DNA of 64,000 nt from a bacterium (lineage in GTDB: Archaea > Thermoplasmatota > E2 > JACPAO01 > JAHFTW01), in contig JAZJZE010000011.1 of the NCBI GenBank assembly GCA_040390065.1, positions 96,001-160,000 of the forward strand, read 5' to 3'. The stretch's first letter is position 1; each line of letters begins with the position of its first letter. Shown in pieces: positions 44,659 through 53,827 of this stretch. The translations under genes and the position numbers were made by a program. The notes below the pieces were generated by a model, which made no database searches, was not told the origin of the DNA, and saw only the letters and a list, made by a program, of their open reading frames with translations.

Positions 44659-45480
44659 GTGGACAAGCCCGTCGTCCTCGTCACTGGCTGCTCGTCCGGC
44701 ATCGGCCGCGAAGCCGTGCGCCACCTTGCCAAGGCCGGCGCATTGGTCGTCGCGACGGCGCGCCGCACCGAGTCCATCGCGGACGTTGCCCGCCCCGGCG
44801 AGGTCGAGTGCCTGCGCCTCGACGTGGCCGACGACGCAAGCCGCGCTGCCTGCATCGCCGAAGTGCTGGAGCGCTTCGGCCGCATCGACGTCCTCGTCAA
44901 CAACGCGGGCTACGGCGCCAACCTCACGGTCGAGGAGATGCCGCCGGAGAAACTGCGCGCCATGTTCGAGGTCAACCTGTTCGGCGCGCACGACCTCATG
45001 CGACGGGTCCTGCCCGCGATGCGCGCGCGTGGCTCCGGCCGCATCGTCAACGTCTCCTCCGTCGCCGGCCACATCGCGGTCCCCATGATGGGGCCTTACT
45101 GCGCAACCAAGTTCGCCCTGCGAGCCTTGACGCAGAGCCTCGACAACGAAGTGCGACGCTTCGGGGTGCGCGCGGTCCTCGTCGAGCCGGCGTGGATCGC
45201 CACGGACTTCGGCAAGCGCGTCATCGCGGAGGGCCTCGACGAGGAGGCTGAACGGCGCAGCCCGTACGCCAACCTGTACGCCTTTTGGCGCCGCCGCCGC
45301 AGCACGCCGCGGGGCCCGCCCCCCGCCGTCGTGGCAAAGGCCATCATGCATGCAAGCCTCGCGCAGAGCCCCAAGTTCCACAACTTCGTGCCGGTCGGCG
45401 CCAAGTTCATGAATGCCGGCAAGCGGCTCCTGCCGGATGCGTTGACGAGTTGGTCGCTGCGGCGGTACTTCTCCCGTTGA
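44659..45480 (+). CDS. Short-chain dehydrogenase/reductase
   Basis: Start GTG 44659; TGCSSGIG, NNAG, VSS, YCATK. Confidence 0.93.
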   Translation: MDKPVVLVTGCSSGIGREAVRHLAKAGALVVATARRTESIADVARPGEVECLRLDVADDASRAACIAEVLERFGRIDVLVNNAGYGANLTVEEMPPEKLRAMFEVNLFGAHDLMRRVLPAMRARGSGRIVNVSSVAGHIAVPMMGPYCATKFALRALTQSLDNEVRRFGVRAVLVEPAWIATDFGKRVIAEGLDEEAERRSPYANLYAFWRRRRSTPRGPPPAVVAKAIMHASLAQSPKFHNFVPVGAKFMNAGKRLLPDALTSWSLRRYFSR

Positions 45481-45567
45481 CCGGCGAGTCAACAGATGGA
45501 ACCGATGAAACCGAGGCGATGTCAGCAATCTGCTCCATCGCGTTCATCTGTTGATGGCGGGCGGCCG

Positions 45568-46539
45568 TCAGGAGCGCAGCCGGACTCCCGCCGCGAACTC
45601 GGCGACCAACTGCGCCGCCGTGCGCGCCGTGTTTCCCGACGGGTCCAGGTTCGGCGCCACTTCGACCAGATCCATGCCGCGGCAGCGCGGGTCCGAAGCG
45701 ACGGTCCGTACCAGGAGGGCCGCTTCTTGGAACGTCAAGCCGCCAGCCCCTGGCGCGCTGCAACCGCTCGCGATGGATTGGTCGAGGCCATCGATGTCGA
45801 CGCTCAGCCAGATGTGAGCCGTGCCCGCGCCGGCCTGGCGCAGGGCCTTGGCGGCGACCTTCCGCATGCCGCGACGGTGCACCTCGCCCGCCGTGTGGAT
45901 CGGCATGCCGGCTGCGGCCGCGTAGTCGGCAAGCGCCTTCGTGTTGGCAAACGGCCGGGTGCCCACCTCTGCCAGATTGCGGCCGGCGACGCGGCCGTCG
46001 AGTTCCTCCAGGATGCGGCGGTAGGGCGTGCCACTGGTGGGCTGACCTTGGTAGGCCCGGACGTCGTAGTGGGCGTCGAGGACGACGACGCCGATGGGGC
46101 CGGTGACGGTACCTGCTAGGGCTTGGACGACCGGGAAGGACAGTGAATTGTCGCCGCCGAGGACCACGACGGGCTGACCCGTTGGGAATGCGCCGCGCAT
46201 TGTCGCGTCCACGACCCGGTGGGCGGCCTTCACGTCCTGCTCCGGGAGGCCCGCGATGTCGCCGAGGTCGTGGATGCGCAGCCCGGACAGGTCGACGTCT
46301 GCATCGGCGTCATGCGTTGCTACGAAACGCAGCGCTTCCCGAATCGCTGTCGGCCCGCCCCGCGCTCCCTTGCGCCCGATCACGGCCTCGTCGAACGGGA
46401 TGCCGCACAGAAGCATGGCCGCCGCCGCGCGGTCGTCGACGAACAGGTCGAGAAGGCGCGGGTCGGATGCGCCGGCGCGGCGTTCCGGCAGGGCGGCGGG
46501 GCTCGGCGCAAACGGCATCGCTGTGCCCATCCAGACCAT
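45568..46539 (-). CDS. hutG: Formimidoylglutamase (arginase/agmatinase family)
   Basis: GGDNS, DAHYD, SGTP, SVDIDGLD, DLVEVAP; divergent from hutI. Start could be 46539, 46530 or 46518. Confidence 0.85.
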   Translation of the reverse strand: MVWMGTAMPFAPSPAALPERRAGASDPRLLDLFVDDRAAAAMLLCGIPFDEAVIGRKGARGGPTAIREALRFVATHDADADVDLSGLRIHDLGDIAGLPEQDVKAAHRVVDATMRGAFPTGQPVVVLGGDNSLSFPVVQALAGTVTGPIGVVVLDAHYDVRAYQGQPTSGTPYRRILEELDGRVAGRNLAEVGTRPFANTKALADYAAAAGMPIHTAGEVHRRGMRKVAAKALRQAGAGTAHIWLSVDIDGLDQSIASGCSAPGAGGLTFQEAALLVRTVASDPRCRGMDLVEVAPNLDPSGNTARTAAQLVAEFAAGVRLRS

Positions 46540-46600
46540 CCGCTTGAACGCGTCGGCTTGCCGCCGGCACGCTCAAACCCCGATCCCATCTGGCCGCGGC

Positions 46601-47860
46601 GTGGCCGACGACGGACGCGACCAGACGGTGGACCTTCTCATCCGCACGGGCACCGTCGCCACCATGGAAGGTCCGCAGTCGCCGCGCGACGGCACGTTTG
46701 CCAACGACTGCGGCCTCGAGGCAGGTTGGACCGTCGCCGTCAAGAACGACCGCATCGCGTGGGTCGGCCCCGATCCGGAGTGGCGGGGCAAGGCGAAGAC
46801 CACCCTGAACGCCAAGCGCCGGCTCGTGACACCCGGCTTCGTCGACAGCCACACGCATCTCGTCTACGGCGGCGACCGGGCGAACGAGCTCAAGCAGAAA
46901 CTCGCCGGCAAGTCCTACATGCAGATCCTCGCCGATGGCGGCGGCATCATGTCGACGGTGCGCGCGACACGCGAGGCCACGGACAACGAACTGGAAGAGC
47001 AGGCCCTCGACCGGCTGCGCCGCATGGTGCACCACGGCACGACGACCCTCGAGGCGAAGTCCGGCTACGGCCTCGACACGAAGGCCGAGCTGCGCATCCT
47101 CGGCGTGGCGCCGCGCCTGTTCAAACGGACCGGCATCCCGATCGTCTCGACGTTCCTGGGCGCACACGCCGTCCCGGACGAGTTCAAGGGCCGCACGGAT
47201 GCCTATGTCGACCTCGTCGTCGACGAGATGCTCCCGGAGGTCCACAAGCAGGAAGTGGCCCGTTTCTGCGACGTGTTCGTGGAGGACGGCGTCTTCACAT
47301 TCGAGCATGGCCACCGCATCCTCACGGCGGCGAAGAAGGCCGGCTTCGAGGTCCGCCTGCATGCGGATGAACTGTCCAACACGAAGGGCGCAGAGCTCGC
47401 GGCGCAGGTCGGGTGCCTGTCCGCCGACCACCTGCTGCGCATCTCGGAGGAGGGCGTGCAGGCGATGGCGGAGGCCGGTACAATCGCCACCCTTCTGCCG
47501 ACGGTGCCGCTCACGATGATACAACCGCAGTGGGCGCCCGCCCGGAAACTCCTCGACGCATTGGTGCCTGTGGCCCTCGCGTCCGACCACAACCCGAACA
47601 ACCCCGTCCTCAGCATGGGGCTCGTCGGCCAACTGGGCAGCTATGCCATGGGCCTGACACCCGCTCAAGCCATGACGGCAGTGACGTGGAACGCCGCGTG
47701 CGCCCTCGGCGTCGAGACCCAGGTCGGTTCACTCGAGGTGGGCAAGAAGGCGAACCTCTTGCTGCACGACTGCAGCGACTTGGCCCATTGGACGTACGCC
47801 TTGGGCCACAACTCCGTGACGCACGTCGTCCTCAACGGCAAGATCGTCCCCAAGGCGTGA
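46601..47860 (+). CDS. hutI: Imidazolonepropionase
   Basis: PGFVDSHTH, GGGIMSTVRATR, EAKSGYG, HADEL, SADH, ALASDHNP. Start about GTG 46601. Confidence 0.96.
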   Translation: MADDGRDQTVDLLIRTGTVATMEGPQSPRDGTFANDCGLEAGWTVAVKNDRIAWVGPDPEWRGKAKTTLNAKRRLVTPGFVDSHTHLVYGGDRANELKQKLAGKSYMQILADGGGIMSTVRATREATDNELEEQALDRLRRMVHHGTTTLEAKSGYGLDTKAELRILGVAPRLFKRTGIPIVSTFLGAHAVPDEFKGRTDAYVDLVVDEMLPEVHKQEVARFCDVFVEDGVFTFEHGHRILTAAKKAGFEVRLHADELSNTKGAELAAQVGCLSADHLLRISEEGVQAMAEAGTIATLLPTVPLTMIQPQWAPARKLLDALVPVALASDHNPNNPVLSMGLVGQLGSYAMGLTPAQAMTAVTWNAACALGVETQVGSLEVGKKANLLLHDCSDLAHWTYALGHNSVTHVVLNGKIVPKA

Positions 47861-47930
47861 CTTGCCGGGACGGCGCAGTCCTTTTGGGGCAAGTCCGATG
47901 CAGGCCGGCCCTCCGGGGCAGATGTGACCC

Positions 47931-48215
47931 ATGCGAACCTCCATGATTCTAGGTGCCCTCGTCCTCGTCCTGGCCGCGACGGTCTTCGTCCCGCAAGCCT
48001 CCGCGGGGTGCGTCATCCCACGCGGCCTGACCATCTGCGTGTCGGGTGACCCAACGCACGGAAATGCCCATGCATGTGCGGCGACGCAGGTGGGGCCACA
48101 GCCCGTTTCGGCCTGCGCCGATTCGACGCTCGACCAATGTGGCGGTGGCGTCGACGTCACCGTCCAGCACCGCACCGTGCCCGTCTTCCACTTCCCGTGC
48201 CCCGGGCCGGTGTGA
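47931..48215 (+). CDS. Small secreted Cys-rich protein (6 Cys)
   Basis: 94 aa; signal peptide ending QASA. Confidence 0.75.
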   Translation: MRTSMILGALVLVLAATVFVPQASAGCVIPRGLTICVSGDPTHGNAHACAATQVGPQPVSACADSTLDQCGGGVDVTVQHRTVPVFHFPCPGPV

Positions 48216-48219
48216 GGGG

Positions 48220-48447
48220 ATGGCCATGCGCGCCGCAATCATCATCCTCATCGCCACCGCCAGCATCCTGGCCGTCGCCCCCACCGCCCACGCCGACCGC
48301 ATCTGCACCACGCAATTTCTCGGCATGACCGGCGCCTACGCCTGCGTCGACACCGAAGACGTGTGGAACAGTTGCGTGCACGTCGATTCGCCGGGCCTGT
48401 CCATCGTGTGCCGCGGCCCGAACAACCCGCCGGTGCCGCAGATCTGA
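48220..48447 (+). CDS. Small secreted Cys-rich protein (4 Cys)
   Basis: 75 aa; GAGGGG RBS; signal peptide ending TAHA. Confidence 0.75.
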   Translation: MAMRAAIIILIATASILAVAPTAHADRICTTQFLGMTGAYACVDTEDVWNSCVHVDSPGLSIVCRGPNNPPVPQI

Positions 48448-48456
48448 GGTGTGAAG

Positions 48457-48726
48457 ATGAAAATCGTCCTTGCCGCCATTGCCCTCTCTGCCCTGGCCCT
48501 CTTGGTCCCCACTCCCGTTGCCGCGGTCGGCGGTTGCGTGCCGGGGACGGCCGTCTGTGCGTCCGCGGACGGTTCGGGTGCTTCCGATGCGTGCGCCGAA
48601 GCCACGTGGAGCCCCAACGACAGCGCCGGCGCCTGCAATGACGGCGGCGTCATCACGGTCTGGCGCTGCACCTTCATCAATTGCCAGGCGGCACGCGTCG
48701 ACCTCAGCAAGTACGCGGACCTGTAG
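48457..48726 (+). CDS. Small secreted Cys-rich protein (6 Cys)
   Basis: GAGGTG RBS; MKIVLAAIALSALALLVPTPVAA signal peptide. Confidence 0.75.
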   Translation: MKIVLAAIALSALALLVPTPVAAVGGCVPGTAVCASADGSGASDACAEATWSPNDSAGACNDGGVITVWRCTFINCQAARVDLSKYADL

Positions 48727-48733
48727 GCCGCGC

Positions 48734-50269
48734 CTACGCGACCTCGATGCCTGCCTTGCGCAAGGCCGGCGCGAAGCCGCCCGCCTGCAGCAGAGTGGCG
48801 ATGGCGGCCACGTCGTCGGAGAGGATGCGGTCCCCCTCGAGCCTGGGCACCACCTTGCGCACGGCCGCGTGCACGGCAGCGGAGCCCTTGCCGGCCCGCA
48901 GCGGGGCCTTGAAGTCGATGGCCTGCGCAGCACACAAGGCCTCGATGGCGACCACGTTGCGGGCATTCTCCAGCACCTGCGACAGCTTGAGCGCGGAGAT
49001 GGAGCCCATCGAGACGTGGTCTTCCTGGTTCGCCGACGTCGGGATGGAGTCGACGCTTGCCGGGTGGCAGAGGACCTTGTTTTCCGAGACCAGTGCCGCC
49101 GCCACGTACTGCGCAATCATGAAGCCCGAGTTGAGGCCGCCCGCGTCGACCAGGAACGGCTTCAGGCCCTCCGACAGGTCCGGGTTGACGAGGCGCTCGA
49201 CGCGGCGTTCGGCAATGCTTGCGACCTCGGCCAAGGCGATGGCCAGGAAGTCGAGGTGGAATGCCAGGACTTCGCCGTGGAAGTTGCCTTGGCTGACGAT
49301 GTCGCCGTCGGGGAAGACGAGCGGATTGTCGGTGGCGGAGTTGATCTCAATGGTCAGGGTGGAAGCCGCCGATTCGACGACGTCGCGGCACGCGCCAAGG
49401 ACCTGCGGGATGCAACGCAACGAGTAGGCGTCCTGCACGCGCTCGCAGTTGGCGTGGCTCTTCACGATGGCGGACCCCGCGGTGAGCTTGCGCATGTTGG
49501 CGGCGACGACGCCCTGCCCGATGTGCGGTCGCGCGTCGTGCACGGCCTGGCCGAGCGGCGCAACGGAACCCATCAACGCCTCGAGGCTCATGCCGGCGAC
49601 GGCCTGCGCGTCCGCCAACAAGCGGCGGGCGTCCGTGACTTCGAGGCAGCCGATGGCGGACATCATCTGCGTCCCGTTGATCAAGGCCAGACCCTCCTTG
49701 GCTTCAAGGACGATGGGCGGCAGCCCGGCGTCCTTGAGCGCGGCTGCGGCGGGCAGGATCCGGCCGTCGGGCAACTGCACCGAACCCAGGCCGATGAGGG
49801 GCAACGCCATGTGCGCAAGAGGTGCGAGGTCGCCGGAGGCGCCGACACTGCCGCGGCTCGGGACGACCGGGACCAAGTCGCTGTTGAGCATTTCAACGAG
49901 GCGCTCGATGAGCTCGCGACGCACCCCAGAGAGGCCTTTGACGAGCGTGTTGGCGCGGATGGCCAGCATGGCACGCACGACGTCGCGGGGCAGGGGCGGG
50001 CCGACGCCGACGGCGTGGCTCATGAGCAGGTTACGTTGCAACTGCCGCACTTGGGCGGGCTCGATGCGGACGTGGGCGAATTCGCCGAAGCCTGTCGTGA
50101 TGCCGTAGGCCACTTCGCCTTTCTTGACGAGGCGGTCCACGACGGCGCGGCTGGATTGGACTGCCTTCCACGCCGTCGGAGGGATGGTCACCTTGGCGCG
50201 CTCCCGCGCGACCGCAACGACTTGGGCGATCGTCAACGAGGCGCCGTCGAGGGCGACTTGCGTGGCCAC
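48734..50269 (-). CDS. hutH: Histidine ammonia-lyase
   Basis: YGITTGFG, GSVGASGDLAPL (ASG MIO motif), KEGLALINGT, VQDAYSLRC, NQEDHVSM. Start about GTG 50269. Confidence 0.97.
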   Translation of the reverse strand: MATQVALDGASLTIAQVVAVARERAKVTIPPTAWKAVQSSRAVVDRLVKKGEVAYGITTGFGEFAHVRIEPAQVRQLQRNLLMSHAVGVGPPLPRDVVRAMLAIRANTLVKGLSGVRRELIERLVEMLNSDLVPVVPSRGSVGASGDLAPLAHMALPLIGLGSVQLPDGRILPAAAALKDAGLPPIVLEAKEGLALINGTQMMSAIGCLEVTDARRLLADAQAVAGMSLEALMGSVAPLGQAVHDARPHIGQGVVAANMRKLTAGSAIVKSHANCERVQDAYSLRCIPQVLGACRDVVESAASTLTIEINSATDNPLVFPDGDIVSQGNFHGEVLAFHLDFLAIALAEVASIAERRVERLVNPDLSEGLKPFLVDAGGLNSGFMIAQYVAAALVSENKVLCHPASVDSIPTSANQEDHVSMGSISALKLSQVLENARNVVAIEALCAAQAIDFKAPLRAGKGSAAVHAAVRKVVPRLEGDRILSDDVAAIATLLQAGGFAPALRKAGIEVA

Positions 50270-50444
50270 GCGCCGCCCACCAGGGCCCGCCGTGTCAACC
50301 CTCCGGCGCCTCTTGGGCTTGACGCGCGGCCGCCCGCGCAAGCCCCCTTGCGAAATCCGTAGCACACATTCCACCCTATTCGTCAGATAGGTTCCATGCT
50401 GGAGCGCCCGCCTATTGCCAAAAGAGGAACCGTTTTGCCGGCCA

Positions 50445-50469
50445 GGCAAAGTTTAAATCTTGATACTTT
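50445..50469 (+). promoter_or_regulatory. Putative archaeal BRE/TATA promoter
   Basis: GGCAAAG-TTTAAAT about 50 nt upstream of ATG 50510 in otherwise GC-rich DNA. Confidence 0.5.
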
Positions 50470-50509
50470 TCGTTGGAGGTTGCCCAATCGGGGCTGTGGT
50501 CGGTTCGTC

Positions 50510-51439
50510 ATGGAAACACGCGTTGTATCGAAGATTAGCCTGGCTGCCGCGCTGGTTGCCCTCCTCGTCCTGCCCGTCGTCGACGGCTTGTCCGGCGGCG
50601 GCAACGTCAACAACAAGGACCCGACCGTGGAGACCTTCACGACGACGGCCGCCTCGTTCAACAACCCGACGACCGCCGTGTTCACCGGCACCATCAAGGA
50701 CCGCAACAAGGAGGGCGACCTGATCACGCTCAAGGTCGCGACCGTCAGCGGCCCGGCGACGATCGCCCAGACGTACACCATCCAGTCCGCGGACCGCTCG
50801 GCGACGACGGAGCCCGGCTCCTTCTCCGGCCTGCCCGGCTTCAAGGTCTGGAACGACAGCTCCGGCGGCTTCACCACCAGCGACGGCGTCCTGCAGTTCA
50901 AGTTCCAGTACAGTTTCTCGGTCTCCGGCACATATGTCATCCGTGCCTCCGCGCAAGATGAAGGCGCGTCCTTCTTCAGTGCCCCGGCCGCCGACCTGAC
51001 CGTCACCATCGTCGACAAGATCACGGTCGCGGCGGACCCGGTCGATGCGGCCGGCGTCGCCCAGACGAGTGCTGCCTGGGGTGCTTGGTCTGCCGATCCG
51101 GGCGCGGCCAACGTCGCCTCGGCCAACTACGTCAAGGTCACCAACTCGGGCATCACGGCGGCGCAGCAGTTCACCATCGACTTGCCGGCGGCCTTCTCGG
51201 GCGGCGGCGACTCCATCAGCGTCGACAACAACGTGCAGTTCGCCTGCACCGAAGGCACCTCCGCGCAGGCCCCGTCGGCGCTGGCGTTCACCTTCGGCAC
51301 GACGAGCGCCACGGGATCCGTGTCCCCGACGTTCACCGCGACTGGCAAGGTCATCTACTGCACCTACAAGTTGCTGGCGCTGCCGGACCCGCTCACGGAC
51401 GCCACGTACTCGGGTTCGTTCACGACCATCGCGGCGTAG
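50510..51439 (+). CDS. Secreted two-domain beta-rich protein (candidate major fibre subunit)
   Basis: Signal peptide from ATG 50510; Thr/Ser/Ala-rich. The N-domain is shared with 53827-54891 and the C-domain with 52322-53827. Confidence 0.85.
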   Translation: METRVVSKISLAAALVALLVLPVVDGLSGGGNVNNKDPTVETFTTTAASFNNPTTAVFTGTIKDRNKEGDLITLKVATVSGPATIAQTYTIQSADRSATTEPGSFSGLPGFKVWNDSSGGFTTSDGVLQFKFQYSFSVSGTYVIRASAQDEGASFFSAPAADLTVTIVDKITVAADPVDAAGVAQTSAAWGAWSADPGAANVASANYVKVTNSGITAAQQFTIDLPAAFSGGGDSISVDNNVQFACTEGTSAQAPSALAFTFGTTSATGSVSPTFTATGKVIYCTYKLLALPDPLTDATYSGSFTTIAA

Positions 51440-51446
51440 GTCGCCG

Positions 51447-52325
51447 ATGACCCGCCTCGCCGCCGCCGTCGCCCTGTGCGTGGCCCTCCTGTGCGTGGTG
51501 CCCGCAACGGCGCAGCTGCGCTCGTTCGGCGGGCCCGTGCTCGCCGTGGAGGCGCCCATGGGTGCGGCGGGAGCCATCGTCGAGTACCGCTATGCCTTCT
51601 TCGTGACGGCCGCCGCGGACGGGTACCTCAAGAACAATCCCGCACCCTACAATGCAGCCTACCGTCCCGGCTGGTCGACGCGCGTCGAGCTCCACGGGCC
51701 TGCCCTGCCCGCAGACCTCGGCGTCCTGGTTCTCGACCGTCCCATGGAACTCGGGCACCTCGCTGCAAACGTGTCGTACGGCCTGGTGCTTCGCGTCCAG
51801 GTCCCCGCCGCCGACCTCGCAAACGACACCGCGCTTGCCCTGACGTACGTCCTTGCCGTGCACCACGCGACGTGCGCATGCGCAGCCAGCGGCGCGTCCC
51901 TTGACCCCAGCATCGCCATCTCACTGCAAGCCATCGTGCGGCCCGGCGCCCAGCCGCAGGCGTTGGCTGCGTGGAGCCTGCCACCGGTGCCGCACGGCAA
52001 TCAACCGGATTGGCCCGATGGCAACCCCGGGCCCGAGCCGTTGGATGGTGCATCGACTGCGGGGCAATGGAGCCAAGGCCGTTCCATCGCCCTTGCCTTT
52101 GCAGCATCGGCCCTCGTCGCCTTGACGCTCGTGCTGGGAGTCCGCTCACGCCGTCGGGCACGCGCCGCGGCGCAGCACGCCGCGTCGACGCCCCCGCCGG
52201 AGGCAACGCAGCCCGTTGCGCCGGAAGCCGTGGACGCGCCGCAGGCGGCCCCAGCGCCGGACGACGACGCAGCCGCGCTGGCGCGAGAGCTCGAAGAGCG
52301 CATGAAGCGGAGCGACGGCGCATGA
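51447..52325 (+). CDS. Secreted protein with C-terminal membrane anchor
   Basis: Signal peptide from ATG 51447; Ig-like core; TM SIALAFAASALVALTLVLGV followed by RSRRR. Confidence 0.8.
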   Translation: MTRLAAAVALCVALLCVVPATAQLRSFGGPVLAVEAPMGAAGAIVEYRYAFFVTAAADGYLKNNPAPYNAAYRPGWSTRVELHGPALPADLGVLVLDRPMELGHLAANVSYGLVLRVQVPAADLANDTALALTYVLAVHHATCACAASGASLDPSIAISLQAIVRPGAQPQALAAWSLPPVPHGNQPDWPDGNPGPEPLDGASTAGQWSQGRSIALAFAASALVALTLVLGVRSRRRARAAAQHAASTPPPEATQPVAPEAVDAPQAAPAPDDDAAALARELEERMKRSDGA

Positions 52326-53827
52326 GGCACGGCAAATCCATGGCCGTCGCGCTCGCCGTCGCCACTGTCCTGATGGGGCTCGCCTTGCCGGCACATCGCT
52401 CCGATGCCAACATCGCGGTCGGTCTATCGACCAGTGTCGCGACCACCACGAACGCATCGCCCCTGGCCATCACGGTCCCGGGGAGCGTCGCCCAGTTCGA
52501 CGTCCTCGTCGCTCAAGTGGTCGTGAAGACCACGACGACGACCGTGACCGCACCCTCCGGCTGGACGTTGATTCGTGCAGACAACTCTGCTGGGGCCAAC
52601 CCGCTCAAGATGTCGTCCTACTGGCACGTGGCGACGGCCGGCGATGCGTCCGGCGGCTCCTACAGTTGGTCGTACACAGGCACGAACTGGGCGGCGGGCG
52701 GCATGCTCGTCCTCAAAGGCGTCGACAACGCTGGCCCCGTCGACGTGTCGGCGACCGCGACGGACACCAATTCCCCCAGTACGGCGCCCGCGGTCACGAC
52801 GACGGTGGCGAACACCGTCCTGGTGCTCCTGGACGCCCTGGAAAAGAACGATGCTTGCTCGGCCATTTCGTCGGGGGCATTCGCGTACAGCGTGGCGCCA
52901 ACCGGGGGTGGCGGCAATGCCAAGGTCGCGGCCTGCGCTGCGACCCGCGCCGTCGCGGCAGCCGGCGCTTCCGGCACGACGGACTTCACCATCAGCGCCA
53001 ACGACGCCGCGGTGCTCCAGACCATCGCATTCAGGATGCCCAAGGCGTCGTTCTCCAGTTCGTCCGCGTCGGGAGCTGAAGCGACGACGAGCGTCAGCAT
53101 CCCGGTCGCACTCACGGGGGCCACCAGCAGCACGGCAACCGTGGCCTTTGCCAGCTCTGGAACGGCCACCGCGGGTGCCTCTTGCACGGGAACCACGGAT
53201 TACATGATTGCCGCCAGCCCCGCCTCGTTCTCGGCGGGAACAACTTCCCAGACCATCGCCGTCACCGTCTGCGACGATGCCCTGGGGGAAAGCTCCGAGA
53301 CCATCAGCCTCACGTTGTCGACGCCCGCGCAGGCCGTGCTTGGCGCAACGACGGTCTTCACCTACACCATCACCGACAACGACCTGTTCGTGACGCCGGC
53401 CGCCGATCCGGTCAAGGCGGACGGCACCGCCGACACGGGCCTGGCCTGGGGCGCCTGGGCCGCCGATCCCGGAGCGACCAACGTCGCAAGCGCGAATTAC
53501 GTCAAGCTCAGCAACACCGGCGACCAGCCGACTCGCGCATACACCGTGGACTTCACGGCGGCGAGTCTCACGGGCCAGTCCGACGCGACGCAGACGATTG
53601 TGCTCGACAGCAACGTCCAGTTCGCATGCTGGCAGGACACGACGCCGGGGGCCACGAGTCCGACGGAGGCCGGCTCTAGCTACGCTTTCGGGGCCACGTC
53701 GGCGACCAGCTCCACGTCGGGCAGTTTCTCGGGCCTGGGAAACATCGTCTACTGCAAGTATCAGATCCTGGCTCTGCCCGCGACCCTCGGCGACCAGGAG
53801 TACGTCGCGTCCTACACGGTGACGTGA
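52322..53827 (+). CDS. Secreted adhesin-like protein with Calx-beta-like domain and shared C-terminal domain
   Basis: ATG 52322 (ATGA overlap); signal peptide; TAPSGWTLIR lectin-like domain; Calx-beta (SGTATAG..DY...FSAG.TSQTI.VTV.DD...E..ETISLTL...YTITDND). Confidence 0.85.
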   Translation: MRHGKSMAVALAVATVLMGLALPAHRSDANIAVGLSTSVATTTNASPLAITVPGSVAQFDVLVAQVVVKTTTTTVTAPSGWTLIRADNSAGANPLKMSSYWHVATAGDASGGSYSWSYTGTNWAAGGMLVLKGVDNAGPVDVSATATDTNSPSTAPAVTTTVANTVLVLLDALEKNDACSAISSGAFAYSVAPTGGGGNAKVAACAATRAVAAAGASGTTDFTISANDAAVLQTIAFRMPKASFSSSSASGAEATTSVSIPVALTGATSSTATVAFASSGTATAGASCTGTTDYMIAASPASFSAGTTSQTIAVTVCDDALGESSETISLTLSTPAQAVLGATTVFTYTITDNDLFVTPAADPVKADGTADTGLAWGAWAADPGATNVASANYVKLSNTGDQPTRAYTVDFTAASLTGQSDATQTIVLDSNVQFACWQDTTPGATSPTEAGSSYAFGATSATSSTSGSFSGLGNIVYCKYQILALPATLGDQEYVASYTVT

